Assembly: GCA_000091205.1 (NCBI GenBank)
Contig: AP006485.2
Strand: one strand, 5' to 3'
Length of the DNA stretch: 64,000 nt
From: Cyanidioschyzon merolae
Lineage: Eukaryota
Part shown: positions 43,784-54,335 of the stretch, in pieces
Layout of the letters: every line of letters begins with the position of its first letter
Numbering within the stretch: position 1 is the first letter of the stretch
The notes under the pieces: generated by a model
Databases searched by the model: none
What the model was told of the DNA's origin: nothing
What the model saw: the letters and a program-made list of their open reading frames with translations, nothing else
Program-made: the position numbers and the translations under genes

Positions 43784-44353
43784 TCAGGTTTCTGCAAATG
43801 CGCTTGCACGTCGTTTGCGGTACCAGTCAAACCAGAAAAAGAAAGCACTCTGGCGGAACTGGTCTGGAAGCTTCCAGGGATCGTCGCCGCGCTGGCTGCC
43901 GCCTTTGCCGGAGCCTTCCCTGCCAGCGCTGGCAGAAGCATCGACGCCAGATGGATTAATGTAACCCGTGCCGTTGCAACGACCACAAGTCACACGCCCG
44001 GTAGCACTGCAACGCAAACAGGCGTGAGGCACGCGTTCGCCTTCTACTTGGAAAAAGGTTTTCCCCTGGCACTGGAAGCACTTGACACGTCCCTCGCCTC
44101 GGCAGTCAGGGCACCGCCGTGGGCCACTTTTTTCAGTCTGTCTCCGTGCCTGAACTATCCGGTAAGCACCAACCGTGATAAACGCTGCTCCAACCGCAAT
44201 GGCAGCCTCCTTCTTCCAGAGTAGAAGCGGCACGGGCGGAGCGAAGTGGAGCACCCCGCTTCCGGCCTTAGGTACTGCCGCAGGACAGTTTTGCAACGCC
44301 AACCGACGACAACAGTGCTGAACACCCGTCACAAGATCAGGCGAAAAGTTCAT
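43784..44353 (-). CDS. DnaJ-like CR-type zinc-finger membrane protein (CxxCxGxG x4; BSD2/LQY1/PSA2-like).
   Basis: TM helix AIAVGAAFITVGAYRIV followed by RRCPDCRGEGRVKCFQCQGKT...CLRCSATGRVTCGRCNGTG (four CxxCxGxG units). The track start 44395 is TTG; the first ATG is at 44353. Confidence 0.6.
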   Translation of the reverse strand: MNFSPDLVTGVQHCCRRLALQNCPAAVPKAGSGVLHFAPPVPLLLWKKEAAIAVGAAFITVGAYRIVQARRQTEKSGPRRCPDCRGEGRVKCFQCQGKTFFQVEGERVPHACLRCSATGRVTCGRCNGTGYINPSGVDASASAGREGSGKGGSQRGDDPWKLPDQFRQSAFFFWFDWYRKRRASAFAET

Positions 44354-44705
44354 TTGCGTAGTCGTATATGCGATAGAACCCCGTTCGGAAAGCAACTCGC
44401 GATCGACGCTACCAAGTGCAGCGAAACGCGATACGGTGGTGGAAGCGAAACAAACGCTGGCTTCGACGACGCCAGCGATCCCCCGGGGGATGACGCTTCA
44501 CGAACCATTCGCTCCTGTTGCTGCGTTTGGAGGTGTATTCGGGGTTCCTCGGGTTTATCCAATCGACTAGACACAGCAATTCTGCAACAGAGAAGTAGCT
44601 GGGGCCTGTAGAGTACGGAGTCTGGATAGTCCGGACGTTCGGTGCTGACACGCTGGTCTGAGCTGGTGCATACGAAGCGCTGGAAACTCGAGTCGCTCAG
44701 CGGAC

Positions 44706-46694
44706 ATGTTTGCAGTACCGACACTGCAGAGCAGTCGGAAAGGACGCTTTTGGGGAACCACACCCGCTTTCCCAGGGAGACCGCCTGTAGCGCACCTACC
44801 GCTGCCTGTGTGCTGCTGCAGCACAAGGACTGGAACTGGTGACCCCGCGGACCCCCTCGAGTCATTCCTGGGTCGAGTGCAAGCAGCGCCCGCCCTGCGC
44901 GGACTCCAAGCGGCCGATGCGTCCTGGAAACGCCTCCAACAAACCGGGTCGGCCGCAGTCGGTCCACCAGAAGAGGTCGTAACTTGTTGTCGACAACCGG
45001 AGGCGCGACATACGAAGCCGAGTGATTTCGATGTCGTTGTGCTTGGCGGAACGCTCGGCATCCTAATCGGGACGGCTTTACTGCGACGCAACTCGCGTTT
45101 GCGCGTCGTCGTTGTCGAGCGTGGGGCACTCCGCGGCCGCGACCAAGAGTGGAACACCAGTCGGCGAGAGCTGGAAGTGCTCGTTGCAACCGGCGTGCTC
45201 TCGCATGAGACGCTTGAAAAGGTTATCCGTTCGGAGTGGAGGTCCATGCGTGTGGGTGTCGAAGCGGCTGCTTCGAGGAGCTTACCCGACCTTTCCACAT
45301 TCATGGTGCAAGACATTTTGAATATCGGCGTATCACCGCGCGCCCTCATCGACGAAGCGCTTGCACAGTTCACGGAGCTAGGTGGTCAAGTTTGGGAATG
45401 GTGTCAGTTTCAGGGCGCGGAGACCAATGGCAGAAACGTACTTGTGCGTCTCGAGTGCGTTCCGGGTACCGTGCAGCGTCCTGCAGTGGCCCTCGGAGCC
45501 GGTGGCGATCAGGCTATCCTGGCGACTCCACTGTTTCGGACGTCGATGACGGCTGAAAGTCGATCAAGGGAGCGCTCCTCAGAACCGATTCGTAAGCAAA
45601 TCCGGGCATCCTTGGTACTGGATTGCATGGGTAATGCCTCACCGATCGTGCGGCAACAGCGCGAGCTCGTGTATGGTCAGAAACGGCCAGACGCAGTGTG
45701 TATGGTGGTCGGCTCGTGCTGCAGAGCGCATCCCGGGCACGATCCCTTTCCTGATAACACCTCTGGTGACCTGATCTATTCCTTCACAACGGCCTTATCC
45801 TCGAACCGTCTCCAGTATCTGTGGGAGGCGTTCCCGTCGGACGCGGGGAGCAATCGCACAACCTATTTGTTCACGTACTTGGACGCAGATGCACGACGAG
45901 CGATCACTTTGACGGATCTCTATCGAGACTACTTGGGCTTGTTGCCGGTTTATCAAGGAGGGCATGCGTTTCATCGTGGTGATCGCGCTTTCCTAGACCG
46001 CTTGCAGCCACAACGAGCCCTGTTCGGTTTCTTCCCGGCCTACGAGAGGTATGCGCCACTGCCGACTGCATTGGATAACGTCCTTCCAATCGGTGATGCA
46101 AGTGGTGTTCAATCACCGTTGTCTTTCGGGGGTTTTGGTGCAATGCTTCGCCACTTACCGCGTCTGGTCGACGCCATTTGTGAAGCGCTTGCTGCTGAGG
46201 CACTCAGTGCCGAGGATTTGCGTTGCATCCAGCCGTATTTGCCATCTCTGTCGGTGACGTGGTTGTTTCAACGAGCGCTTTCGTATCGAGTTCCTTCACG
46301 AGCTTCACAGACGCTAGACGAACGAGTTGTGAACGAGATTCTGGGATGGAGCCTCCTTACCATGCAGGATGACGAGAGCGCATTGCGGCCGTTTCTCCAG
46401 GATGTCATCCAGTTTCCGGGACTGGTGCGCACGCTAGCTCGAACTACCGTGCGCGTGCCTGCTCTCGTGCCGCGGATCCTGGGTCATATTGGTGGACCCG
46501 TGCCACTCCTCGGCTGGCTGCGGCATTTGATGGCACTTGGTGTCTATGATCAAGCAAGTCGCCTCTTCCATTCGGAAAGCGCGCTGTCTTCTTTCATCGA
46601 TGCTCGTCTGAAGGACCCGAAAAAGCGATTCCGATGGCATCGACAGCTCGAGGCGTGGCGTTACGGAAGCGGCCGTGATCTGCACATCGACTAG
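44706..46694 (+). CDS. FAD-dependent oxidoreductase of the lycopene-cyclase-like family, with an N-terminal presequence.
   Basis: N-terminal dinucleotide-binding fold DVVVLGGTLGILIGTALLRRNSRLRVVVVERG. Downstream IGDASGVQSPLSFGGFGAMLRHLP resembles the conserved GDAAG..P.tG segment of lycopene cyclase/geranylgeranyl-reductase-type flavoproteins. The exact family is not resolved. Confidence 0.5.
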   Translation: MFAVPTLQSSRKGRFWGTTPAFPGRPPVAHLPLPVCCCSTRTGTGDPADPLESFLGRVQAAPALRGLQAADASWKRLQQTGSAAVGPPEEVVTCCRQPEARHTKPSDFDVVVLGGTLGILIGTALLRRNSRLRVVVVERGALRGRDQEWNTSRRELEVLVATGVLSHETLEKVIRSEWRSMRVGVEAAASRSLPDLSTFMVQDILNIGVSPRALIDEALAQFTELGGQVWEWCQFQGAETNGRNVLVRLECVPGTVQRPAVALGAGGDQAILATPLFRTSMTAESRSRERSSEPIRKQIRASLVLDCMGNASPIVRQQRELVYGQKRPDAVCMVVGSCCRAHPGHDPFPDNTSGDLIYSFTTALSSNRLQYLWEAFPSDAGSNRTTYLFTYLDADARRAITLTDLYRDYLGLLPVYQGGHAFHRGDRAFLDRLQPQRALFGFFPAYERYAPLPTALDNVLPIGDASGVQSPLSFGGFGAMLRHLPRLVDAICEALAAEALSAEDLRCIQPYLPSLSVTWLFQRALSYRVPSRASQTLDERVVNEILGWSLLTMQDDESALRPFLQDVIQFPGLVRTLARTTVRVPALVPRILGHIGGPVPLLGWLRHLMALGVYDQASRLFHSESALSSFIDARLKDPKKRFRWHRQLEAWRYGSGRDLHID

Positions 46695-47085
46695 GTGACT
46701 CGGGTGGATGCAGCCCCCGGAAGAACTGTTGTATGCAGCAATCACGTGGCAAGCACATTGTGAGGATTCGGCACGACGCTTTCAGCGATATAGCGAAAGC
46801 GGTTCGTTTGAAGGCTTCAGACGAGCCAGCACTTGGATTCGATGTGTGCACGGTAACGCACTGACCCAGTCGTTGGCCAATGGCCGACTGCAAGCGCACG
46901 ATAGTCCGAGGGCATGCGACACCTTCACCCGCTGTGCAGCGTGTTACTCATGAAGCATTGGTATAGGAATATACGAATATGCGGATCCACGCCTAGGACT
47001 GCATCCGTAGATGACTGGAGGCTGGTGGCTCGCCGGCCGGTCCGCCAGCCCATGTTCGAGGTGCAATGATTGCTCTCGGGTGATG

Positions 47086-47283
47086 GTGCAGGTTCACGTG
47101 GAAGCGACCTTGCACTGCAACCACGTATGGTGCCTGATACATATTCCAATGCTGCAGGTTCACGTGGAAGCGACCTTGCACTGCAACCACGTATGGTGCC
47201 TGATACGTATTCCAAGGCTGCAGGTTCACGTGGAAGCGACCTTGCACTGCAACCACGTATGATGCCTGATACGTATTCCAAGG
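47086..47283. repeat. 66-bp tandem repeat, 3 copies, in the convergent intergenic region.
   Basis: The unit gcaggttcacgtggaagcgaccttgcactgcaaccacgtatggtgcctgatacatattccaatgct occurs three times with a few substitutions. Confidence 0.85.
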
Positions 47284-47704
47284 AAGCGTGACGCGCGCGT
47301 GCAGCCCAGAAATAACACGGTGCACCTGAAGCTGTCGCAGTCGTATTTCGAGTGGCAGAACAAGGCACGAATGACCTGAACTCGACAGCATTAGGTGCAG
47401 TCGCCGTGAATATGCTTGTACAGGGCGCCGCGCCCGCGTCTAAAGAGCGCTCCATCCTGTGCAGACGCTAGCGTCCAGCTGTTGTGTCTGTGCGTATCAA
47501 GCTGGTGACGTCTCCGATTATGAACCAAGCGTTCCGAGCGATACCTTATCAATATCGCACGCCTGCTGCTACTCATCAGCGACATCGTAGGTGCAACGGT
47601 ACACGCAACCAAGTGCCGATATAGGCACGTCTCAGGCAGGTACCGAGGATTCCCAGGCACAGCAGCAGGGGCGCGAGTTTCGAAGCCAGTTCCGCGATGC
47701 TGTC

Positions 47705-48427
47705 TCATTCGCGGTACCGGGTACGCTCGTCGCCCTCGATCTGGATGGCTTTATAAACGCCGAGCAGTGAAGAGAATCCCAAAAAAGTCAGCATAAGCGG
47801 TGTGAACGCAGGCTCTACGCGCTCCCGCAAAAAGGCTGCCACTGCGGCTGGCAGCGCGGTGCGTCCAGAGGCTGCACTAGCTTCGAATACAACGCCGATT
47901 CCAGCACAGAGTACCAAGGCGAGCATGCTGAGAACGAGACGCTGTAGCCACTGTTCAGCAGAGTCAAGAGCTTCGTAGTTTCCCCCGAATAGAGCTCGCA
48001 GGCCGCGAAACAGCCTTACCGCCAGGCGTTCACCCTCCTCCTTTGACACAGCAGCGGCTTGGTCCAAGTCACGCCCCGCTCGTTCGCGCTGCAAACCAAA
48101 AGCGTCCAGAATTTGTTCCGTGCGATCTTGTTGTCTTTGAGGACCAAATCCACGACCTGCTCGCATATCATCACTGCTGCCACCAGCACGAGCGCCACGA
48201 CGACTGGCTTCGGGATCAGCGGACGCTCTCGAGCGTTGCGTTCGAGAGCTTGTTCGTGAACGACCCTGCTCAGCACGCTTCGCAGTGTCAGGCGAGTCAT
48301 CGCTTGCTAGCGGTTCACATGTTCTGAGATGAAAGACGCCCGGCTTACGACGTTTCAGCGGGTCGACAAACGCTTTCGTGGACGCTGACTTGGGTCGCAA
48401 GCGCCGTCTTATAACCGCGACAAACAT
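47705..48427 (-). CDS. Hypothetical membrane protein (basic N-terminal half, two C-terminal hydrophobic segments).
   Basis: ATG-initiated 240-aa ORF. Hydrophobic VLSMLALVLCAGIGVVF and PLMLTFLGFSSLLGVY. No family recognised. Confidence 0.35.
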   Translation of the reverse strand: MFVAVIRRRLRPKSASTKAFVDPLKRRKPGVFHLRTCEPLASDDSPDTAKRAEQGRSRTSSRTQRSRASADPEASRRGARAGGSSDDMRAGRGFGPQRQQDRTEQILDAFGLQRERAGRDLDQAAAVSKEEGERLAVRLFRGLRALFGGNYEALDSAEQWLQRLVLSMLALVLCAGIGVVFEASAASGRTALPAAVAAFLRERVEPAFTPLMLTFLGFSSLLGVYKAIQIEGDERTRYRE

Positions 48428-48627
48428 AACCTTGCAGGTTGAAGTTGAACGAGGTACTTCTTCTGCAAAGCAAGTTTACCAGTGCAACGGCCCTTTTCGC
48501 AAGCCTTGCACGAGTAACCAGCAAGAAAAAGGCTGGCGCAAGCGTCCACTATGGAAACAAAGTGAATGCTAGCTGGTTATCAGCAATGGAGGTGCGGATG
48601 CTGTCTGCTCAGAACAGCGTACTGGAC

Positions 48628-49997
48628 TCAAAGCGAACGCTGAACAGCTCGTTCCGCTCCTGCTTTGTGATTCTTTTCTGAACGTTTTTATTTGACGCCA
48701 ACGCTAGCCATTCGAAAAGCATAAACAGGTGTTCGTGGACTCGTGTATAGTTTTGGGATTCATGTGAGCGTGCCTCCATCGACGCTTTGCAGATGGGATG
48801 CGTTCTCCTCATCGGCATCAGGATGACGCTCGATGCTGTCCAATATGCTTACCTACATGCATCCCCGCTACTCCTTTCCGTAAACGTACAAGAATCAACA
48901 AGTTCGCTCTTCGAGGTCTCCAGCTTACCGTGTTCACGGCAACGCGTAGGTACGGCAACTCACGTCGCTGGAGACGCTGGAAAGAGAGCACAACGTCGTC
49001 CCTGACCGACTTGCTCGCTAGCTTGTAGTGAGCGCCCACTGCGCTCGTCACGTCAAAGGTAACCCATGTCGTCCGAAAGCCGTACCCTACGCTCTTCGTT
49101 GCCACCGACGAAGAGACACTCGACGAGACCGGCCTGCTGCCTCTCACGGCATACGCGCACAGGCGCCCCGGGTATCCTCTGTTTGCACTGATAACGGTCT
49201 GCGACTCAGACTCGAGTCATCGCAGCAGTCGCTTCGCGTAGCGCGTACGTCACCGCGTCGGACAGCGTTGCGCGTTGACGGACCAGGATCAACCCCGGAG
49301 TGCTTCCCCAGCCTGGAGGCTCTCTCGCTCTCTCCGGTCCCTGCTTCACCACGATCGATATCGCGTTCCGGAACTCGTCTATAGAATGGAACAGCGAGCG
49401 CTTGTGTATGCAGCAGACAGCCTATTCACCGACACGATCGCTCAGAGGGAGCTCGTGATCCCACGGTACTGCACCGAGTGCGGACACCAGGCATGGCAAC
49501 CCGGAGAGCCCGCTGTACCTTCAAGCGGCGTCTACGGACTGACGGAGCAAGCGATCACACGTCACTGCAGACAAGTACGCGGTAACGCATGCGCTGTGGC
49601 AGACGTACGTGTATGCGTATCGAACGAGAAGCGATTGTGAGTGTATCGACGGGCGACCCGCGGTTGTATCCAAGGACGATCATGGAAATGGGAAGCGCAG
49701 TCTAGATGCCAAGCTCCGCCTGTGCATAAAATGCGTCGATGAGCGTCGGAAATCGCGGAATCGGGACTTGAGCACGACCATCAGAGTGTTGCAACGATCG
49801 ACACTGGAAGAAGAGGGACCCTGCGGATGTATGTGGTGACAGTCGGATATCTGATCGAGGAAAAGGAACCCGTCGCATACAAGACCCGCAAATGCTCGTC
49901 TTTACGCCAGCTGAAACACAAATCCAATATTCATCCTGAATCTCCGAGTCCTGCAAGTCGACCATTCCACTTTATACGCTGACACGAGCGTAGCAGC
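48628..49997 (+). mobile_element. ~1.37-kb TnpB/Fanzor-like element, copy B (direct repeat of copy A).
   Basis: Same ORF series as copy A shifted by exactly 7,735 bp (e.g. 49275..49640 MTDQDQ...YCTECGH..., 49609..49839 ...CIKCVDERRKSRNRDLSTTIRVL). Only a handful of substitutions (S>T, I>T, Q>H). Confidence 0.6.
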
Positions 49998-50205
49998 GTC
50001 GCAGCAAGCAGATACCTCGGGACGCTCTTTCCGCTCGTTCGGCATACGCGGCCTCCACAGACCTGTATCTCGAACAGACGCATCCGAGTGTCTGAACTCG
50101 GCTTTTCATTGCTCGTCGAAAGGAGACCGGGTCTGGAGCTTTCGTAACTGCGTTGCGTTTTTATTTGGGGTATTGTACAGATAACTGGAATAGAAGTTGT
50201 GAAGT

Positions 50206-51597
50206 ATGGAGAAGCGCGGTACGTTTAAGGCGTCGGCGGCAGCGCTGCGAACACGGAACCCGATCCGCGAACTCATCGAAGGCCTGGACTTGCGCTCCCA
50301 TCCAAACAAGCAGGTGATTCCTCTATCCATCGGAGACCCGACCATCTTCGGAAACCTTCGAGCAGCTGACGTTGTCAATGAAGCAGTGGTAGACGCTGTT
50401 CGTTCGGGTCGGGCGAACGGCTACCCGCCGGCTGTCGGCACGGAAGTTGCCCGGGAGGCCGTTGCCAAGGCTGCCAATACCGCCATAGAGGAAGCAGCAC
50501 GTGTGGCTCGTCGCTTGAGTTCGCGTCATACCAGTGGCGGGCCTACTCCTGATAAACCCCGAAATGGTACCCACCGCGACTGGGCGCAGACAGCGTTCAC
50601 ATCAGCAGCGCACTACGAGAAGCGCGACGTGATCCTGGCTAGCGGTGCAAGTCATGCGCTGGACCTGTGCTTCTCTGCGCTTTTGGACCCCGAGGACAAT
50701 GTACTGCTTCCGAGTCTCAGCTTTCCGCTCTATGAGACGATATGTGCGTACTTGGGCGCGGAGGTTCGGCGTTACCCGCTGGATCCAGAGCGGGGCTGGC
50801 AGGCGACGGGACTCGAGCCCGGCGGAGCCACCGACCGACTCGTCGACGAGCGTACCGTCTGTATTGTTGTGAATAATCCCATGAATCCAACAGGAAGCGT
50901 CTACGAGCGAAAACATCTGCAAGATATTGTCGAATTCGCTGAGCGGCATCGCCTGGTTATTCTCGCGGACGAGATATACGGCGGCATGGTCTTCCATCGT
51001 CGGCATGCGGACGGGAGTGGCCCAGTGGGGCCACTTGATGCACCACCCATCGGGTGCCTTGCGAGGAATGTTCCGGTCCTCACGGTTGATGGCCTAGCGA
51101 AGCGCTTTCTCGTGCCGGGATGGCGAATGGGGTGGATTCTCATCCATGACCCTACGCCGGATCAACAGTTCTCTGTCATTCGGCGGGCGCTCGAGGGCCT
51201 GTCGATGAAGATTTTGGGGCCGAACTCCCTTGTACAGGCTGCTCTACCGGTTATTTTGTCCAAGACGAGTCGCGAATGGTATGAACACGTGCGGACAACG
51301 CTCGCTCGACAAGCGCAATTTGCCTATGAGAAGCTGTCAAGTATTCGCGGCCTGCACGTACCGTCGCCACCGCACGGAGCCATGTATGTGTTGGTTTGTC
51401 TGCGAAACAACCATATGAGTGGATTGGAATTTGTCCAGCGCCTCATGGCCGAGGAGAGTGTTCTGGTGCTTCCCGGTGAGTGCTTCGGTGCACCACCGGG
51501 CTACTTTCGTGTGACATTCTGTGCACCGATCGACAAGCTATCGGAAGCGTTCAGTCGCATTGCGAACTTTTGCGACCGACATCTGCGTGCCGCCTAG
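50206..51597 (+). CDS. TAT: Tyrosine aminotransferase-family (class I/II PLP-dependent) aminotransferase.
   Basis: NNPMNPTGSVYERKHLQDIVEFAERHRLVILADEIYGGMVF. DGLAKRFLVPGWRMGWILIHDP (TAT-family SK(R/K)…PGWR(L/M)GW motif including the PLP lysine). The start is ATG. Confidence 0.8.
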   Translation: MEKRGTFKASAAALRTRNPIRELIEGLDLRSHPNKQVIPLSIGDPTIFGNLRAADVVNEAVVDAVRSGRANGYPPAVGTEVAREAVAKAANTAIEEAARVARRLSSRHTSGGPTPDKPRNGTHRDWAQTAFTSAAHYEKRDVILASGASHALDLCFSALLDPEDNVLLPSLSFPLYETICAYLGAEVRRYPLDPERGWQATGLEPGGATDRLVDERTVCIVVNNPMNPTGSVYERKHLQDIVEFAERHRLVILADEIYGGMVFHRRHADGSGPVGPLDAPPIGCLARNVPVLTVDGLAKRFLVPGWRMGWILIHDPTPDQQFSVIRRALEGLSMKILGPNSLVQAALPVILSKTSREWYEHVRTTLARQAQFAYEKLSSIRGLHVPSPPHGAMYVLVCLRNNHMSGLEFVQRLMAEESVLVLPGECFGAPPGYFRVTFCAPIDKLSEAFSRIANFCDRHLRAA

Positions 51598-52197
51598 GTA
51601 TCGGCAGCGATAGCATACAAGGGATGGGAATCGACATGAAGCTCGGATGACACCAAGGTTCATGGATTGGATCACGAGAATTCCGGATGCAGGCCTGCGA
51701 ACGATATGGCCTGAAGGCGCGTGGTCGTGGCAATGGCAGCGTAGCGAGCGCGCTGCCTCTTCTGCGGAAGACAAGATGTCCCTGCAAAGAAGACGACCAT
51801 CAGCATCGTATTAGAATCCGGTGTTGCGTTCTACGTTGCAGGTGGCACGTGTTTCCTGGTTCCCGGATACGCTGTTTGTAGCAGAGATGACGACTCCGGA
51901 ACGCGGTGATCATGAAGCCGGACGCGATCACTTGGATGCCCATAGAGACGCTGGTGATCAGTGCACCACCGACGACTAGAATCGAAGCGCAGCACCAACG
52001 CCATGCACAGTACAACAGCGTCTGTCATGCCGTGTGTTGAGCCTCGTACAGCGCATTCGATAACAGATGAAGTGCATCTGCGATACTTGATGAGACCGGC
52101 GTTGTAGCGTGCGGAAAACTGCTGACAATGCGTACCGGGATCGTCATGTGCGCACCCGTAAACGGAGTCGTTCTCGTTGGTGTTCTTGTGCTCTGTG

Positions 52198-52908
52198 ATG
52201 CTGCGTCTCTTTAGCCCGCTGTCTGCTGACGAGGCCGCTACTTTCGCTTGCCGGGCTCTTGAACGGTTGGAAAACGACCGAACGCGGAATCAAGGGCGTC
52301 GAGAGCCGTATCCGATAGGGTGCACACTCGGGACGACCAACTGGACGGACGTGCAACGCCGTTGCCAGCCGCGGTCGCCAGCGTACAAGATCCAACTCCG
52401 CAGAACGGAACTCTCAGCGTCTGTTTCTGAGCTTCTCGTTTGTCGCGACATACGAGACGCGAGGACTTTGCAGGCACCCCGGTGGGTGTTTACGTACGCG
52501 TTTCGAAAAGTTAAGAGCGACAGGGGTGTTACGCTTGTCAGCGCCGACAAGCGCGAACCTACGGTATTAGTGGTGAGTGCGCGTCACCTGGGCGGGCTCC
52601 TCTGGACGCACATGGTACTTGAGCGAGCGCGCTGCAGTGGACACAGCATTACCTGGCGAACAGTTCGAGGTTTCCATTTTCTGGATGGCGAGGAGAGTTT
52701 CTCTGTAATGCGGGATAAGCATACCAAGCGCCTGGTGTACTGCATATGCTCCGTATCGGCAGCGTCGCATTGGCTCGCTCGTCTGGCTAGCCCGTACGTG
52801 CGTTTATGCCAGGATCGCTTTCAGGTTGAGTCGGTGCGATTTCTGCAGCAGCGCTGGGAGGATCCTCCGGATACGCGCAAACATCGACGCCAGCACCGCG
52901 GGCCCTGA
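52198..52908 (+). CDS. Hypothetical protein (ORF only).
   Basis: 237-aa ORF from the first ATG (the track start 52177 is TTG). No recognisable domain. Confidence 0.2.
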   Translation: MLRLFSPLSADEAATFACRALERLENDRTRNQGRREPYPIGCTLGTTNWTDVQRRCQPRSPAYKIQLRRTELSASVSELLVCRDIRDARTLQAPRWVFTYAFRKVKSDRGVTLVSADKREPTVLVVSARHLGGLLWTHMVLERARCSGHSITWRTVRGFHFLDGEESFSVMRDKHTKRLVYCICSVSAASHWLARLASPYVRLCQDRFQVESVRFLQQRWEDPPDTRKHRRQHRGP

Positions 52909-54335
52909 TGTTGCAGTTTATCGTGGCGCTGCTCGCTGAGGCGTTGCGAGTCGCTGGTACCCTGCAGTTCCTTGTCCTGCCTTGGATTACCCGTGCGGTG
53001 CAGTCGATAGCACTTGGTTGAATGCTGGAGCGCAGATCAACCTGCATCGGCGGATCGGCATCTGCTACAGCGGATGCAGAAGCGTGAAACCAGGGAAAGG
53101 ATGCCCCATTGAAGTGCTGGGTCACCAATCGTCGCGTCGGGGTGCCAGTATTCGTTGCTCTATGGAATATGCCGGGCGCCACGCTGCGTGACGAAAATGA
53201 ACCGGGCGTATACAAGGGTTGCGAGCAACTGCTTCCACAGACACTGAGAGAAGCTTCACTGCGGTAAGCGTTCGAATGGAACCGACAAGTCTCGCCGTCC
53301 TGGGATATGTCAACAATGACACAGATAGATAGCGCTCTCTGGTCGTGATTTGCTCCCGAAAAGAGACCGCTTCACGCACGAAACACCGGTCGAAAGCACC
53401 TCCTGTGCAATGGTATGAAGATTCGCCTGTTTCACCATGCGTTGGCTTGTTCAGGTCGCAGCGCGCGTTCCAAACTGAAAAAGCAGGCGAGTGCAGGTCG
53501 CGCCAGGCGCGCGCGCGCACACACACACACACACATCGATGCCATCAAGCAAGGCCCATGTCAGAGACACGTTTCCGCAAAACGCTCTACTGGATGAACA
53601 CCAACGTTGATGACGCTCTTTGGACGCAGCTGCATCGACCGTCAGGCGTTGCGAAACAGCGACGAATCGAAACCTTCGCACTGCAAAGTCGCCCGCTTAC
53701 GCACCAGACTCGCACGACTGCGACACAGATTACGTGCACCTGCTAACGGATCCGCACCGCTGCCAAACTTTCCCCAGCCCACGTACGACATGTGTAACGT
53801 TATTCAACCCAGTCTCTACCTGCGAGACGCCAACGCAAACCGAGTGCATCGTGGCGACGCCTCAGAGCCGGCGCAACAACGGATCACACAAGACCGATGG
53901 TTCACACCTGGCTGCACCCTGGAACACATGCGCAGCGCCCTACGCTCGCTCACTCGCTGGATAGAATGCAGCACTGGCAGGCGTGATCGCACCATTGCAG
54001 CAGGAAATCAAAACGAACACCTGCAGCAACTGCCTTGATGCGATCCACAGCGCTGACGTGAGGCGCTTGCATTCGAGCTGTGCTTTCTGTCGACGTTTTC
54101 GCGCCAAAAGTCCAACCTCACGGGCAGATGCGTGCACAGTCGCTACCGCTCACGATTGCCATCGCGCGATAAACGCGCACGCACCGCACACGCGCACGCA
54201 CTGATCAACGTGATGCGTGTTCTGGTGGCGGCAGATTGTCACGCACTGGCACCCAGTGTGCCACCTGATGCCGTGACGTGCGCCCGCGTCACACACACAC
54301 ACACACAAAAGCTGGGGCTTGCTTCTTTGTGGAGC

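Noticed and set aside
43553-44224. 223-aa + strand ORF
   Set aside because: It lies antisense to the CxxCxGxG zinc-finger gene, whose four-fold motif is unmistakable. The + ORF has no domain signal and is most likely a GC-rich antisense artefact.
40893-49997. LTR-retrotransposon interpretation of the 1.37-kb direct repeats
   Set aside because: The sequence between the repeats encodes ordinary host genes (YGGT, zinc finger, FAD oxidoreductase) rather than gag/pol. The repeats themselves contain protein-coding remnants (TnpB-like), which LTRs do not.
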